Shown here: positions 7,582-16,781 of the stretch, one piece after another
Numbering within the stretch: position 1 is the first letter of the stretch
Layout: every line of letters begins with the position of its first letter
Assembly (NCBI GenBank): GCA_017512495.1
Contig: JAFWGF010000009.1
Coordinates: 1-58,718, forward strand
Source of the DNA: Bacilli bacterium
Lineage (GTDB): Bacteria; Bacillota_I; Bacilli_A; RF39; UBA660
Length of the DNA stretch: 58,718 nucleotides
Reading direction: 5' to 3'
Translations under genes and position numbers: made by a program
Notes under the pieces: generated by a model
Seen by the model: only the letters and a program-made list of their open reading frames with translations
What the model was told of the DNA's origin: nothing
The model's database searches: none

Positions 7582-9516
7582 CTATTGTCCATTGAAAAGT
7601 TTGTTGATTACCTTGTCTAAGTCATCAGAATTTATTGGTTTTGCTAAGTAATCATCAAATCCTTCTTCTAAATATTTTTCATTCATACCATCAGATGCAT
7701 TAACTGTCAAAGCAATTACAGGCGGTAAATTTGTTACTACTGATTTTAAAGCAGATAATGTTTCCACTCCATCCATCTCCGGCATCATATAATCTAAAAA
7801 TATAATATCGTATTCTGTGCTTTTAGCTTTTTCAATACATTCTTGTCCATTTGTAGCCGTATCTACAGTTGCTTTATAACTAGCTAATAAACTTATACCA
7901 ACATTTATATTTGATTCAGTATCATCAACTAACAAAAATTTTTTCCCCGTTAAGTCTAATTTTTTGTTGTTAAATCCATCAATTGAATCATCTTCAAATA
8001 TATTTCCTACTGGGTCCTCGTTAATTATTTTTTGTTTTAAGTAAATAAAATATTTAGTACCCTTTCCGGTCTCATTTTTAAAGCTCATTGCTCCATCCAT
8101 CTTGTCAATTAAGCCCGTAGCAACAGCTAAACCTAACGTTGTACTGTCAATTCTATTTTTATCTTTTGCAACAATTTGTCCCAAACTATTGAAATCAAAA
8201 CTTAGATATTCTTCTTTCATTTCATGACCAGAATTTGAAATAATTATTTCAAATTCTATTTTGCCATCTTCAATTTTATTTTTAAGAATTTCCAAAGTAA
8301 TTTTACCATAAATTGTATACTTCAAAGCGTTCATTAAAATATTTAAAACTATTTTAATAATGTTTTGAGAAGCACCATAATATCTTTTTGGTAATCCAGG
8401 ATCTACCTTTATTTCAAAAGTTGTTTTATTGTCACTAAGGTTTGCGTTAAACGTATTTTTTATTTCTAATACCATGTCTTTAAGATCATACTCTGCCTCT
8501 TCTGTTTCTTCTTTGTTTAATTCTAAGTTTGAAAAATCTAATATATTATTAGTTAAACCTAATAATGATACACTTGCTTCATCGATATATTCAATATCTT
8601 CTTTGACTAACGATTCTTCTGCACTTTCTTTAGTTAATAAAACTTCAGTAAATCCTAGGATAGTACTCAGTGATGTCCTTATCTCATGACTAATAATATC
8701 TAAAAACTCAATTTTTGATTTATTTGCTTTTTCTGCTTCATCTTTTGAAGCTTTTACTTCAGCTAATAGTTTACTGTCTTGACTTTCTGTTGTGAAAAAT
8801 AATGTTGCGATTAAAAAACCAAACAAAAAAGTCAAATTATTCAAATCATAACCACTTAGAGCTTGATATAGTAAACTAGAAATTACTACTATTAAAGAAA
8901 AGTAAATTGGTATTTTCTTCTCTCTTGGAAAATTAAAGCGTTTTAACATAATTAAAACAAGTATAACTGCTCCAACAAAAAAACCAACAACATAAATAAA
9001 ATAAGAAGCCGGACCGGTAAATGAATAAATATCATTAACAGCCTTATTATATTCTATAGGTAAAAAACATGATGAAACTGAAGTGATTAATGCTGCCACC
9101 AATAAGCCTATCATACAATTCTTACGAACTTTATTTTTTCTTTCTGGTTCATAGTCCTCTATACTGGATAAAACGACATAATATAAAAAGCTCATTAACC
9201 AAAATATTGCTCCTATTAGATAACTTCGACATAAAATTTCTGTTAGAACATTGTTCAAATTATTAGACATTGCTAACACATAAAATATCTCTAACCACAA
9301 TAAGAATATAGTAAGTATAAGCAAGTATGTAAACGAATTATTATTTGCTTTGCTATGTTTACGCTTAGCAATATACATAATAGCAACTAATGTTAAAAAA
9401 ACTAGCGCACATACTGAAAAACCAATACTTGTAAAAAACTTAGATGTCATTATATCACATCCCATCCAACATTCCTCTATAATAATCATTATATATCCTC
9501 TTTTAAAGCAAATCAA
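7582..9516 (-). CDS. Membrane hybrid histidine kinase/receiver with degenerate ATP-binding motifs (likely start 9450)
   Basis: About 7 TM helices; H-box ISHEIRT; N-box NILMNALKYT; G1 NSGHE; G2 STTLGL; receiver VDD...LDYMMP...KP. Confidence 0.9.
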   Translation of the reverse strand: MICFKRGYIMIIIEECWMGCDIMTSKFFTSIGFSVCALVFLTLVAIMYIAKRKHSKANNNSFTYLLILTIFLLWLEIFYVLAMSNNLNNVLTEILCRSYLIGAIFWLMSFLYYVVLSSIEDYEPERKNKVRKNCMIGLLVAALITSVSSCFLPIEYNKAVNDIYSFTGPASYFIYVVGFFVGAVILVLIMLKRFNFPREKKIPIYFSLIVVISSLLYQALSGYDLNNLTFLFGFLIATLFFTTESQDSKLLAEVKASKDEAEKANKSKIEFLDIISHEIRTSLSTILGFTEVLLTKESAEESLVKEDIEYIDEASVSLLGLTNNILDFSNLELNKEETEEAEYDLKDMVLEIKNTFNANLSDNKTTFEIKVDPGLPKRYYGASQNIIKIVLNILMNALKYTIYGKITLEILKNKIEDGKIEFEIIISNSGHEMKEEYLSFDFNSLGQIVAKDKNRIDSTTLGLAVATGLIDKMDGAMSFKNETGKGTKYFIYLKQKIINEDPVGNIFEDDSIDGFNNKKLDLTGKKFLLVDDTESNINVGISLLASYKATVDTATNGQECIEKAKSTEYDIIFLDYMMPEMDGVETLSALKSVVTNLPPVIALTVNASDGMNEKYLEEGFDDYLAKPINSDDLDKVINKLFNGQ

Positions 9517-9543
9517 TTATAAAATTAACCACAAAAAAAAGAA

Positions 9544-10059
9544 TTAATATTCTCTTTCTAAATAATCAGCACCTTTATGTGGTTCTTCCCTCAACAAATC
9601 ATTATAATCTTGTTGCCTCAATGCTTCATATATAACAATAGCAACACTATTAGAAACGTTTAAGGCTCTAACTTTATCAGTCATAGGTATTCTCATACAA
9701 TGCTCTAAATCTTCTTTTAATATTTCTTTAGGAATACCAGTTGATTCTTTACCAAAGATAAAATATAATTCTTCATTATTCTTATTACTATAATCAAAAC
9801 TAGTATGAGGTTTATGACCATATCTAGTAAAATAATAATAGATACCCGGATTTTTACTTTTAAAATCCGCAAAATTTTCATAAATATAATATTCTAATTT
9901 GTCAATATAATTTACTCCACTACGTTTCAAATGTACATCATCAATTACAAAACCAAGTGGTTTTATTAAATGTAATTTACTATTTGTTGCAACACAAGTT
10001 CTCATAATATTTCCCGTATTTTGAGGAATCTCTGGTTCAAATAACACTATATTATTCAT
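9544..10059 (-). CDS. trmL: tRNA (cytidine/uridine(34)-2'-O)-methyltransferase, SpoU family
   Basis: IVLFEPEIPQNTGNIMRTC...FGKESTG...RALNVSNS. Confidence 0.95.
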   Translation of the reverse strand: MNNIVLFEPEIPQNTGNIMRTCVATNSKLHLIKPLGFVIDDVHLKRSGVNYIDKLEYYIYENFADFKSKNPGIYYYFTRYGHKPHTSFDYSNKNNEELYFIFGKESTGIPKEILKEDLEHCMRIPMTDKVRALNVSNSVAIVIYEALRQQDYNDLLREEPHKGADYLEREY

Positions 10060-10084
10060 ATAATACCTCCATTAGAAAAGGAGA

Positions 10085-10618
10085 TTATTCTTCTCCTACT
10101 TTATTTACCTCTATAAAATGTTCAGCTTTAGTAATACTAAGTTCCTTATCCGTTTCCGCTTCTAAAATATTTACAGCTTTTCCTTCATCAAACAAAACAA
10201 TAGCCGGATAATTAGTAGTTAGTTGCTTCTTCTTAGCATATTTTTCATTAAAACTAGCTACAAATGAATCTTGATCTATCCCTGTAACATTTAAATATAT
10301 TATCTCATCTCCTAGTTCTTTACCCTCTATCAATTTTTTAAATTTTTTTTCAAAACTCCTACATTTTTCATCATTTGATGTACAAATATAAATTAGTGAA
10401 GTAGGATTATCTAAAACATAATGTTCTAAGTCTTCACTAACAATTTCCTGTAAGGAACCTCTAATAATAGGAATTTCTTTTTGATATTCATCGTATACTT
10501 TATACCATTTACATAGATATAAAACAAAGCCAACAAATAGTAAAACAACAACACCTAAAATAATATAATTTTTTAGAGCTTTTTGCTCTTTTTTTGGGGT
10601 AGTCTTTTTTACCATCAT
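10085..10618 (-). CDS. Membrane-anchored thioredoxin-like-fold hypothetical protein
   Basis: N-terminal TM; CTSNDEKC; cis-Pro-like YPAIVLF. Confidence 0.6.
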   Translation of the reverse strand: MMVKKTTPKKEQKALKNYIILGVVVLLFVGFVLYLCKWYKVYDEYQKEIPIIRGSLQEIVSEDLEHYVLDNPTSLIYICTSNDEKCRSFEKKFKKLIEGKELGDEIIYLNVTGIDQDSFVASFNEKYAKKKQLTTNYPAIVLFDEGKAVNILEAETDKELSITKAEHFIEVNKVGEE

Positions 10619-10641
10619 ATCACTCCCTTTATATTTTTATT

Positions 10642-12840
10642 TTAACACATAAAATCATTTTTTAGTAGAATATTTTTTATTTCTATCTCATTCTCATTAT
10701 AAAAATCATATCTATAATTATAATTGTTCTTCATTAAGCCAATATCCAAAGACTTATTTTCATAATTTAATATATGAGTATTTACACCATCATAGAACAC
10801 AGGAAATTCTCTACCATTAATATCAATCAATTTATAACTATTATCATTAGTCTTTATTTCCAAAATATTTCCTTTAATAATCATATTTTCTATTCTTCCA
10901 TATACAAGAACAATAAAATCTAAACTACCAAATTTAGTCTCATAGCTATCCAAAAAATTATTAATTTCATCTGGAGTAAGTTCTACTGATAAAGTAATTG
11001 ACTTAATACCTATTTTAGACAAATAGTAAGCTGTATAGATATTAGTAACATTTAAAGAGTAATTACCAACAACTTCATAATTTGTGTAATTAGCAAAATC
11101 AGATACTAAGCTCCTTTCCTGTAAATTACTATTTACATTCAATAGACATCTATTTAACATATAATAGACATTGCTATATTTCTGATATTTTTTATATAAA
11201 TCTAAATTCATTACAAAGATTCTATCAACACCAAGTTCTAAGCATACTTTTAATTGCTCTTCATTAGAAACAGAACAATTAATCTTCTTATCAGTCTTAA
11301 AATTAGTCTTAGTAAACTTAACTTCTTGTTTTAAATAATCAACCTTTTTATTACTTCTTAATTCAATTAACTTATTCGTTAACTCTCTTCTAATATCATT
11401 AAGATCTTTAATTCTAATAAAAATGTTATTATCCATTTCTGTATTAATATTATTACAGATAAATGGACTATTACCTAATTTAGTTAATTGCTTCTTTAAA
11501 GACTCTTCGCTTATTGGATTATTAATAGATTCTTCAATGATATCTCGTTCTATTTTAAGACTATTTTCTCCATCACTAAACTCTACAATTAATTTACTAC
11601 CTAATTTAGCTTTAACACTAATACTAATATTTATTTTCTTTTCTTCAACCTTTTCAAAAGCTTTTCCTAATAAATAATCCCCTGTTTTAGTGACAATATC
11701 TTCTTTTGTTAAACCAATTTTATTATCAATATAACAAATATCATTACATGAACTAATTAATTTCATTTTATCGTCATATAAATAATTAATTATTAAACCT
11801 TTATTACTACTCAAAAATCTTATCGCATCATATTGATGCAATTCAAAGCCTTTGTTTAGTCTTATTTTTATTTTATCTTTAGTTACTTCTAATACTTTGC
11901 CTATTTCTAAACCAATATGATTAGGACTCTTGATATTCATAAAATTAGAATCATTTTCATTAAAAATTCTACCTACTGTGAATTCACGATTAAAAATAGT
12001 TTTTAATTTATTAGTTTCATTTATTAAATCAATTTCTTTCTTATCAATCAAGTTGCGATATAGTCTAGTAATAAAGCCAACATATAAAGGGCTTTTCATA
12101 CGACCTTCAATTTTAAAACTATAAATACTACTATTTAATAATCTATCTATTTTAGAAGTAGTATTTAATTCTTTAGTACTTAATAAATATTTATCTTTAG
12201 CTAATACCTTATTATCTTTTTTTAAAGTATATGGAAGACGACAATTACCAACACATTCTCCTCTATTACCGCTTCTTCCTCCTAGCATACTACTCATTAA
12301 GCATTCACCAGAGTATGAAATACAAAGAGCTCCATGAATAAATGCTTCTTTCTCAATTGGAACATCAATACTGTCTATTTCATCAATTGATAATTCACGA
12401 GAAAAGACTACTCTCTTGACTCCTAAATCATAATATAATTCACAAATATCTTTAGATGATATATTTGCTTGAGTAGAAGCATGAATTTCTAAATTAGGAT
12501 ACATTTCACGTACTAAACAGATCATTCCAAAGTCTTGCATTATTAAAGCATCTACTCCGTTTTTATGTAAAAAGTCTACTTGTTTTAAAAATTCATCTAC
12601 TTCATTATTTTTAACTAAAGTATTCATTGTTACATATACTTTAACACCATATAAATGGCAAAATTTAAGCGCTTCAATTATTTCTTCATTGTCGAAGTTT
12701 TTAGCAAATTTTCTAGCTCCAAAATTTTTACACGCTAAATATACTGCGTCACACCCGTTGTGAACAGCTTGTTTTAGGCATTCCATATCACCAGCTGGTA
12801 CAAGTAATTCATGCATCACAATCACCCCAAAATCACTCAT
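10642..12840 (-). CDS. Peptidase U32 family, long form (RlhA-like RNA hydroxylation protein); likely start near 12813
   Basis: ELLVPAG; HASTQ; HGALCISYSGECLMSS...RSGNRGECVGNCR; KIEGRMK; KLGNSPF. Confidence 0.9.
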   Translation of the reverse strand: MSDFGVIVMHELLVPAGDMECLKQAVHNGCDAVYLACKNFGARKFAKNFDNEEIIEALKFCHLYGVKVYVTMNTLVKNNEVDEFLKQVDFLHKNGVDALIMQDFGMICLVREMYPNLEIHASTQANISSKDICELYYDLGVKRVVFSRELSIDEIDSIDVPIEKEAFIHGALCISYSGECLMSSMLGGRSGNRGECVGNCRLPYTLKKDNKVLAKDKYLLSTKELNTTSKIDRLLNSSIYSFKIEGRMKSPLYVGFITRLYRNLIDKKEIDLINETNKLKTIFNREFTVGRIFNENDSNFMNIKSPNHIGLEIGKVLEVTKDKIKIRLNKGFELHQYDAIRFLSSNKGLIINYLYDDKMKLISSCNDICYIDNKIGLTKEDIVTKTGDYLLGKAFEKVEEKKINISISVKAKLGSKLIVEFSDGENSLKIERDIIEESINNPISEESLKKQLTKLGNSPFICNNINTEMDNNIFIRIKDLNDIRRELTNKLIELRSNKKVDYLKQEVKFTKTNFKTDKKINCSVSNEEQLKVCLELGVDRIFVMNLDLYKKYQKYSNVYYMLNRCLLNVNSNLQERSLVSDFANYTNYEVVGNYSLNVTNIYTAYYLSKIGIKSITLSVELTPDEINNFLDSYETKFGSLDFIVLVYGRIENMIIKGNILEIKTNDNSYKLIDINGREFPVFYDGVNTHILNYENKSLDIGLMKNNYNYRYDFYNENEIEIKNILLKNDFMC

Positions 12841-12871
12841 ATTGTATCATAAATTAAGAATATAATAAAAT

Positions 12872-13237
12872 ATGAATAATGACAGATTAAAAAAAATAAA
12901 AACTGAAAATGAAATTTGGATTATCTACTTAATCATAATTATGCTTTCTTATCAATCCAATTATTATGAAAAAGATTATTTTATAACTAATAATTCAATC
13001 AGCAAAAACAAATATAAAACGCTTAATACTTTTATTTTTACCATGTTAGTTTTAATCTATACTTATTTTGAAAAAGATGCGATCAATTCTTTTCTAGATA
13101 AAAATAAAAGTACCAAAGTTCAACACTATGATACTTTAATTCTAATATCTACTACTGCAGTACTCATATCAGGTATTATCTTTTTATATATCATTCTAGT
13201 AGACAATAACATTGATGAAGAAATAGCTTTTAATTAA
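12872..13237 (+). CDS. Small hypothetical membrane protein (about 3 TM)
   Basis: 121-aa ORF filling the gap between flanking genes; three hydrophobic stretches. Confidence 0.7.
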   Translation: MNNDRLKKIKTENEIWIIYLIIIMLSYQSNYYEKDYFITNNSISKNKYKTLNTFIFTMLVLIYTYFEKDAINSFLDKNKSTKVQHYDTLILISTTAVLISGIIFLYIILVDNNIDEEIAFN

Positions 13238-13728
13238 TCCTTGATTTTTAATATTTCTTTAAACATAAGTCCATGAGACTTTAACATTTGATCTTCCTCA
13301 ATTAATTTTTTTATTTCGTCTACTGTCATATATTGTACATAATCTACTTCTTCTTTTTGGAGAGTAACTTCATCAAGATTAATATTTTTCTTTAAATAGT
13401 ATAAAAATATTAAAGCTTTTCCGTTGTTGAAAAAACCACAAGCTCTTATTTCTTTGTCTTCTACAATTACCCCTAATTCTTCTTCTACTTCTCTTTTAAT
13501 TGTACTTAATGGTGTTTCTCCAAAATCGATATGACCCCCGGTTGAAGAGAAGTAACTTCCTTTTTCTTTTGATGCTTTCTGAATCAAGAACTCTCCATGA
13601 TCGTTTTCAATAAAGATTATTGAAACTGCGATATGTTCATTTTCATTTAAGATGACACTCTTATCTCCTCTCACAATCTTCTTTTCGGTTGGTTTACCAT
13701 CGTTGTCATAAATTCCTAAATATTCCAT
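13234..13728 (-). CDS. NUDIX hydrolase
   Basis: GGHIDFGETPLSTIKREVEEELG Nudix box. Confidence 0.92.
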   Translation of the reverse strand: MEYLGIYDNDGKPTEKKIVRGDKSVILNENEHIAVSIIFIENDHGEFLIQKASKEKGSYFSSTGGHIDFGETPLSTIKREVEEELGVIVEDKEIRACGFFNNGKALIFLYYLKKNINLDEVTLQKEEVDYVQYMTVDEIKKLIEEDQMLKSHGLMFKEILKIKD

Positions 13729-13751
13729 ATATTCCTCCTTTTTACAAATAA

Positions 13752-13770
13752 AAGACCTATAGTAGGTCTT
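13752..13770 (-). terminator. Terminator after rubrerythrin
   Basis: AAGACCTA-TAG-TAGGTCTT hairpin. Confidence 0.65.
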
Positions 13771-13774
13771 GTTT

Positions 13775-14317
13775 TTACATATAATTATCTGCTTTCACTT
13801 CGAAATAGCTTTGTGGATGAGCACATACTGGACATACTTTTGGAGCTTCTTTACCAATGTGAATGTGTCCACAATTACGACAAATCCAAATCTTTTCTCC
13901 ATCTTTACTAAATACCAATCCATCTTTTACATTTTCAAGCAACTTTCTATATCTTTCTTCATGATGTTTTTCAATAGCAGCAACTCCTCTAAATTTAGCA
14001 GCGATAGCTTTGAAGCCTTCTTCTTCAGCTACTCTAGCAAATTCTTCATACATATCAGTCCATTCATAATTTTCACCATCTGCAGCTGCTTCTAAGTTTT
14101 CAATAGTTGATGGTACTTCTCCTCCATGTAATTCTTTAAACCACATTTTAGCATGCTCTTTTTCATTATTAGCTGTTTCTTCAAAGATAGCAGCGATTTG
14201 TTCATAACCATCCTTTTTTGCTTTACTTGCAAAATAAGTATATTTATTTCTAGCTTGACTTTCACCTGCAAATGCAGTCATTAAATTTTGCTCAGTTTTG
14301 CTTCCTTTTAATTCCAT
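13775..14317 (-). CDS. rbr: Rubrerythrin
   Basis: [12 protein letters not shown]; EKEHA; EKHHE; rubredoxin CRNCG...CPVC. Confidence 0.97.
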   Translation of the reverse strand: MELKGSKTEQNLMTAFAGESQARNKYTYFASKAKKDGYEQIAAIFEETANNEKEHAKMWFKELHGGEVPSTIENLEAAADGENYEWTDMYEEFARVAEEEGFKAIAAKFRGVAAIEKHHEERYRKLLENVKDGLVFSKDGEKIWICRNCGHIHIGKEAPKVCPVCAHPQSYFEVKADNYM

Positions 14318-14528
14318 AATCTACCTCTTTTCTAATTATATAGTTATTATACCATTTATTGTTTTTCTTCACAATAATTTTTCCAAAGAATAAATTACTA
14401 TAGGTGATTGTATGAATTTAAGACATAATCTTTTTTGCAGATGTAATTCTTGTAAACAAAAAAGAAGAAGTAATATCTTCTTTCTATCGGGAATTATTAT
14501 TAATTTTATTATAATTTTTTATCAAATA

Positions 14529-15455
14529 TTAATTCTTATTTTTATCACTACTAAACTTAATGTTATTATTCTCTTGTTTGAATATCTCTTCATTTGCTTC
14601 CTGATATTTTTTGTCTTTTTCTAGCACAAAAGTCATAGTTTTATCTATATATTCATAAAATCTTTTTATCATACCTAAATTATAATTAACATTATTACTA
14701 AACTTAATCATTGGCAGTAAGCAAATAGAACTTAAAAATAAATACAATTCTTCTTCAGTCAACTTTATTTTGTTATTATATAATTCAAACAATTCATAAA
14801 TATCATCATTATCAAAGAATTTATACAATAAAACTATATCTTTAATTAGATTTCCTTTACTAGTGTTTTTTAAGTTTAAAAAATAGCTTTTATCATTATG
14901 AACAAAATTTTTCAAATCAATATTTCCAATTAAAAACACTTCACGATATTCAATACTATTGGAATCGTTCCATTTGTCTAAAAAATATCTAGAAGTACGT
15001 AAAATATTATAAACCTTACTAATATTAATAATCATTTCATAATAGTCTTTTCTTGTATAATACATTTCTTCAATATAGTCTTGTAAATTAAGATAATAAT
15101 TCATCAAATTATCTATTTCTTTTACTTTGTTATTAAAAAAACTTTCTTTATTCTGATAATTTACTGTTTTAATTGATTTCAAATGAATATCAGCTAATGC
15201 TAAAACTAAATATCTTACGTTATTATCACTTTCATAATAATTACACAAATAATAATCACTTAACTCTTGAATAATTGGTAAATAATAATCACAACCTATA
15301 CTATTTAAATACTCAATAGTTTCCTCATTATAGTTTTCTTTTTTTATCAATAAGTATTTTTTTTCATGACAAATAATAACTATATTTTCCTCTAAATATT
15401 TTATACTTGTTATTTGATAATTATTATCTTTTAATTCAGTAAATAGTTTATTCAT
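14529..15455 (-). CDS. YsxE/CotS-like spore coat kinase-fold protein (degenerate)
   Basis: LADIHLKS; degenerate FLIGNIDLKNF...YFLNL catalytic region; overlaps the spoVID-like gene as in Bacillus spoVID-ysxE. Confidence 0.6.
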   Translation of the reverse strand: MNKLFTELKDNNYQITSIKYLEENIVIICHEKKYLLIKKENYNEETIEYLNSIGCDYYLPIIQELSDYYLCNYYESDNNVRYLVLALADIHLKSIKTVNYQNKESFFNNKVKEIDNLMNYYLNLQDYIEEMYYTRKDYYEMIINISKVYNILRTSRYFLDKWNDSNSIEYREVFLIGNIDLKNFVHNDKSYFLNLKNTSKGNLIKDIVLLYKFFDNDDIYELFELYNNKIKLTEEELYLFLSSICLLPMIKFSNNVNYNLGMIKRFYEYIDKTMTFVLEKDKKYQEANEEIFKQENNNIKFSSDKNKN

Positions 15456-16065
15456 TTAATAATGGAATTATTAATTTAGTTCCAACCTTTAATTCCTTTA
15501 AATCATTATATTTTTCTAATTCTTCGACTGTTGTATGATATTTTTCTATAATAGAATTAATTGTTTCATCTTGCCTTATTAAATATACTACAAAAGTACC
15601 ATAAGTTTCATTATTATCTTCTATATTAGTAAACAAAGTCCTATTTTCATCCATTTCTTTTTCTTCTAGTTTAGGAATTTCTACTTCTTTATTTTCTGGA
15701 TCATCATCGCATTCACGTACTTCCAAAACTTCTTCTATTTGTTTTTCTTCGCCTTCAATTAATAATTCAATAAAACATAATAGTTCGTTGCCATTTTTTA
15801 AACTATATGAAAAATCACTAATTTCAACATTACCTGTTTTCATATCAATTTCTTTTGTTAACGTTATATCAACGGGTATTTTATAGTTAAATTCTTCCTC
15901 TAAACGTGATGCTTCCGATTGTTTATATTTACCAGTCAATAATAAATTACCATTAATATTGCACTCATCTACAAATTCTAATTCTTGATCTAAAGAAATA
16001 GCAGTTATTTCTCCTATTATTGTAGGCAATTCTATTTTTTTATCGAAAGTTACTTTCTTTTGCAT
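15448..16065 (-). CDS. spoVID: Compact SpoVID-like spore coat morphogenetic protein with C-terminal LysM
   Basis: ISLD...GNLLLTGKY...FNYKIPVDITL...ISDFSY N-domain; LysM YLIRQDETINSIIEKY...LKVGTKLIIP. Confidence 0.75.
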   Translation of the reverse strand: MQKKVTFDKKIELPTIIGEITAISLDQELEFVDECNINGNLLLTGKYKQSEASRLEEEFNYKIPVDITLTKEIDMKTGNVEISDFSYSLKNGNELLCFIELLIEGEEKQIEEVLEVRECDDDPENKEVEIPKLEEKEMDENRTLFTNIEDNNETYGTFVVYLIRQDETINSIIEKYHTTVEELEKYNDLKELKVGTKLIIPLLNE

Positions 16066-16083
16066 ATTTATTCCTCCTACATA

Positions 16084-16112
16084 AAGGTATGAAAAAAAGA
16101 GAATAATTATTC
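16084..16112 (-). promoter_or_regulatory. Putative sigma-E-type promoter for spoVID-ysxE
   Basis: GAATA-N16-CATACCTT upstream of AGGAGG. Confidence 0.55.
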
Positions 16113-16781
16113 TCCTTTTTTATAGACTTTTACTATTCTTTCTTTTATATCATCAACATGAACTTCTAAATCCATTTTTCTTTTTAATTGATTCTTATTA
16201 GACTTACTTGTAATAGAGTCTAATTTTGACATCGTATTTTTCATTACTTCTTCATCATTAAAAAATTCCGGACACACTTTTGACATATATTTAAGTGACT
16301 TTAAAGTAGCTTCATTATTACAAGCTTCTAATAGTACTGGATTATGTCTTTGTAAAACATGAGCAAGAAAAGAATCAAAACTTAATGCAGCAATAAATTC
16401 ATCTTCTTCATAAAAGCCAGTATCTCTTAAATTTTCTTGTTCTACTAAATAATTATAGCGATAAGCATACTTATCTTCTTCTGAAAGATCTATTATTTCA
16501 TTCATTGCAACTATTATTCGATTAACTATTTTTTTTACATTTGAATCATCTTTCGAAAATCTATATGCAGAAGCTACTGTTAAAATTTTATCAATATATT
16601 CTTCATTATTTAATAGTAAAAAAGCTAATTCATTATCTATTAATTGTTCTACGGAATTTAAAAATATTACATAACCATCATAATCATTATTATAAAGTTC
16701 TACTAATTCTCGACTATTAAAATTAATTAATTGCCCTTTTAAATTAATTAAATCTAAAAATTTATTTCTTTCTTCATTCAT
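16107..16781 (-). CDS. Hypothetical helical protein translationally coupled to lon
   Basis: 224-aa ORF; TAATG overlap at 16781. Confidence 0.8.
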   Translation of the reverse strand: MNEERNKFLDLINLKGQLINFNSRELVELYNNDYDGYVIFLNSVEQLIDNELAFLLLNNEEYIDKILTVASAYRFSKDDSNVKKIVNRIIVAMNEIIDLSEEDKYAYRYNYLVEQENLRDTGFYEEDEFIAALSFDSFLAHVLQRHNPVLLEACNNEATLKSLKYMSKVCPEFFNDEEVMKNTMSKLDSITSKSNKNQLKRKMDLEVHVDDIKERIVKVYKKGE

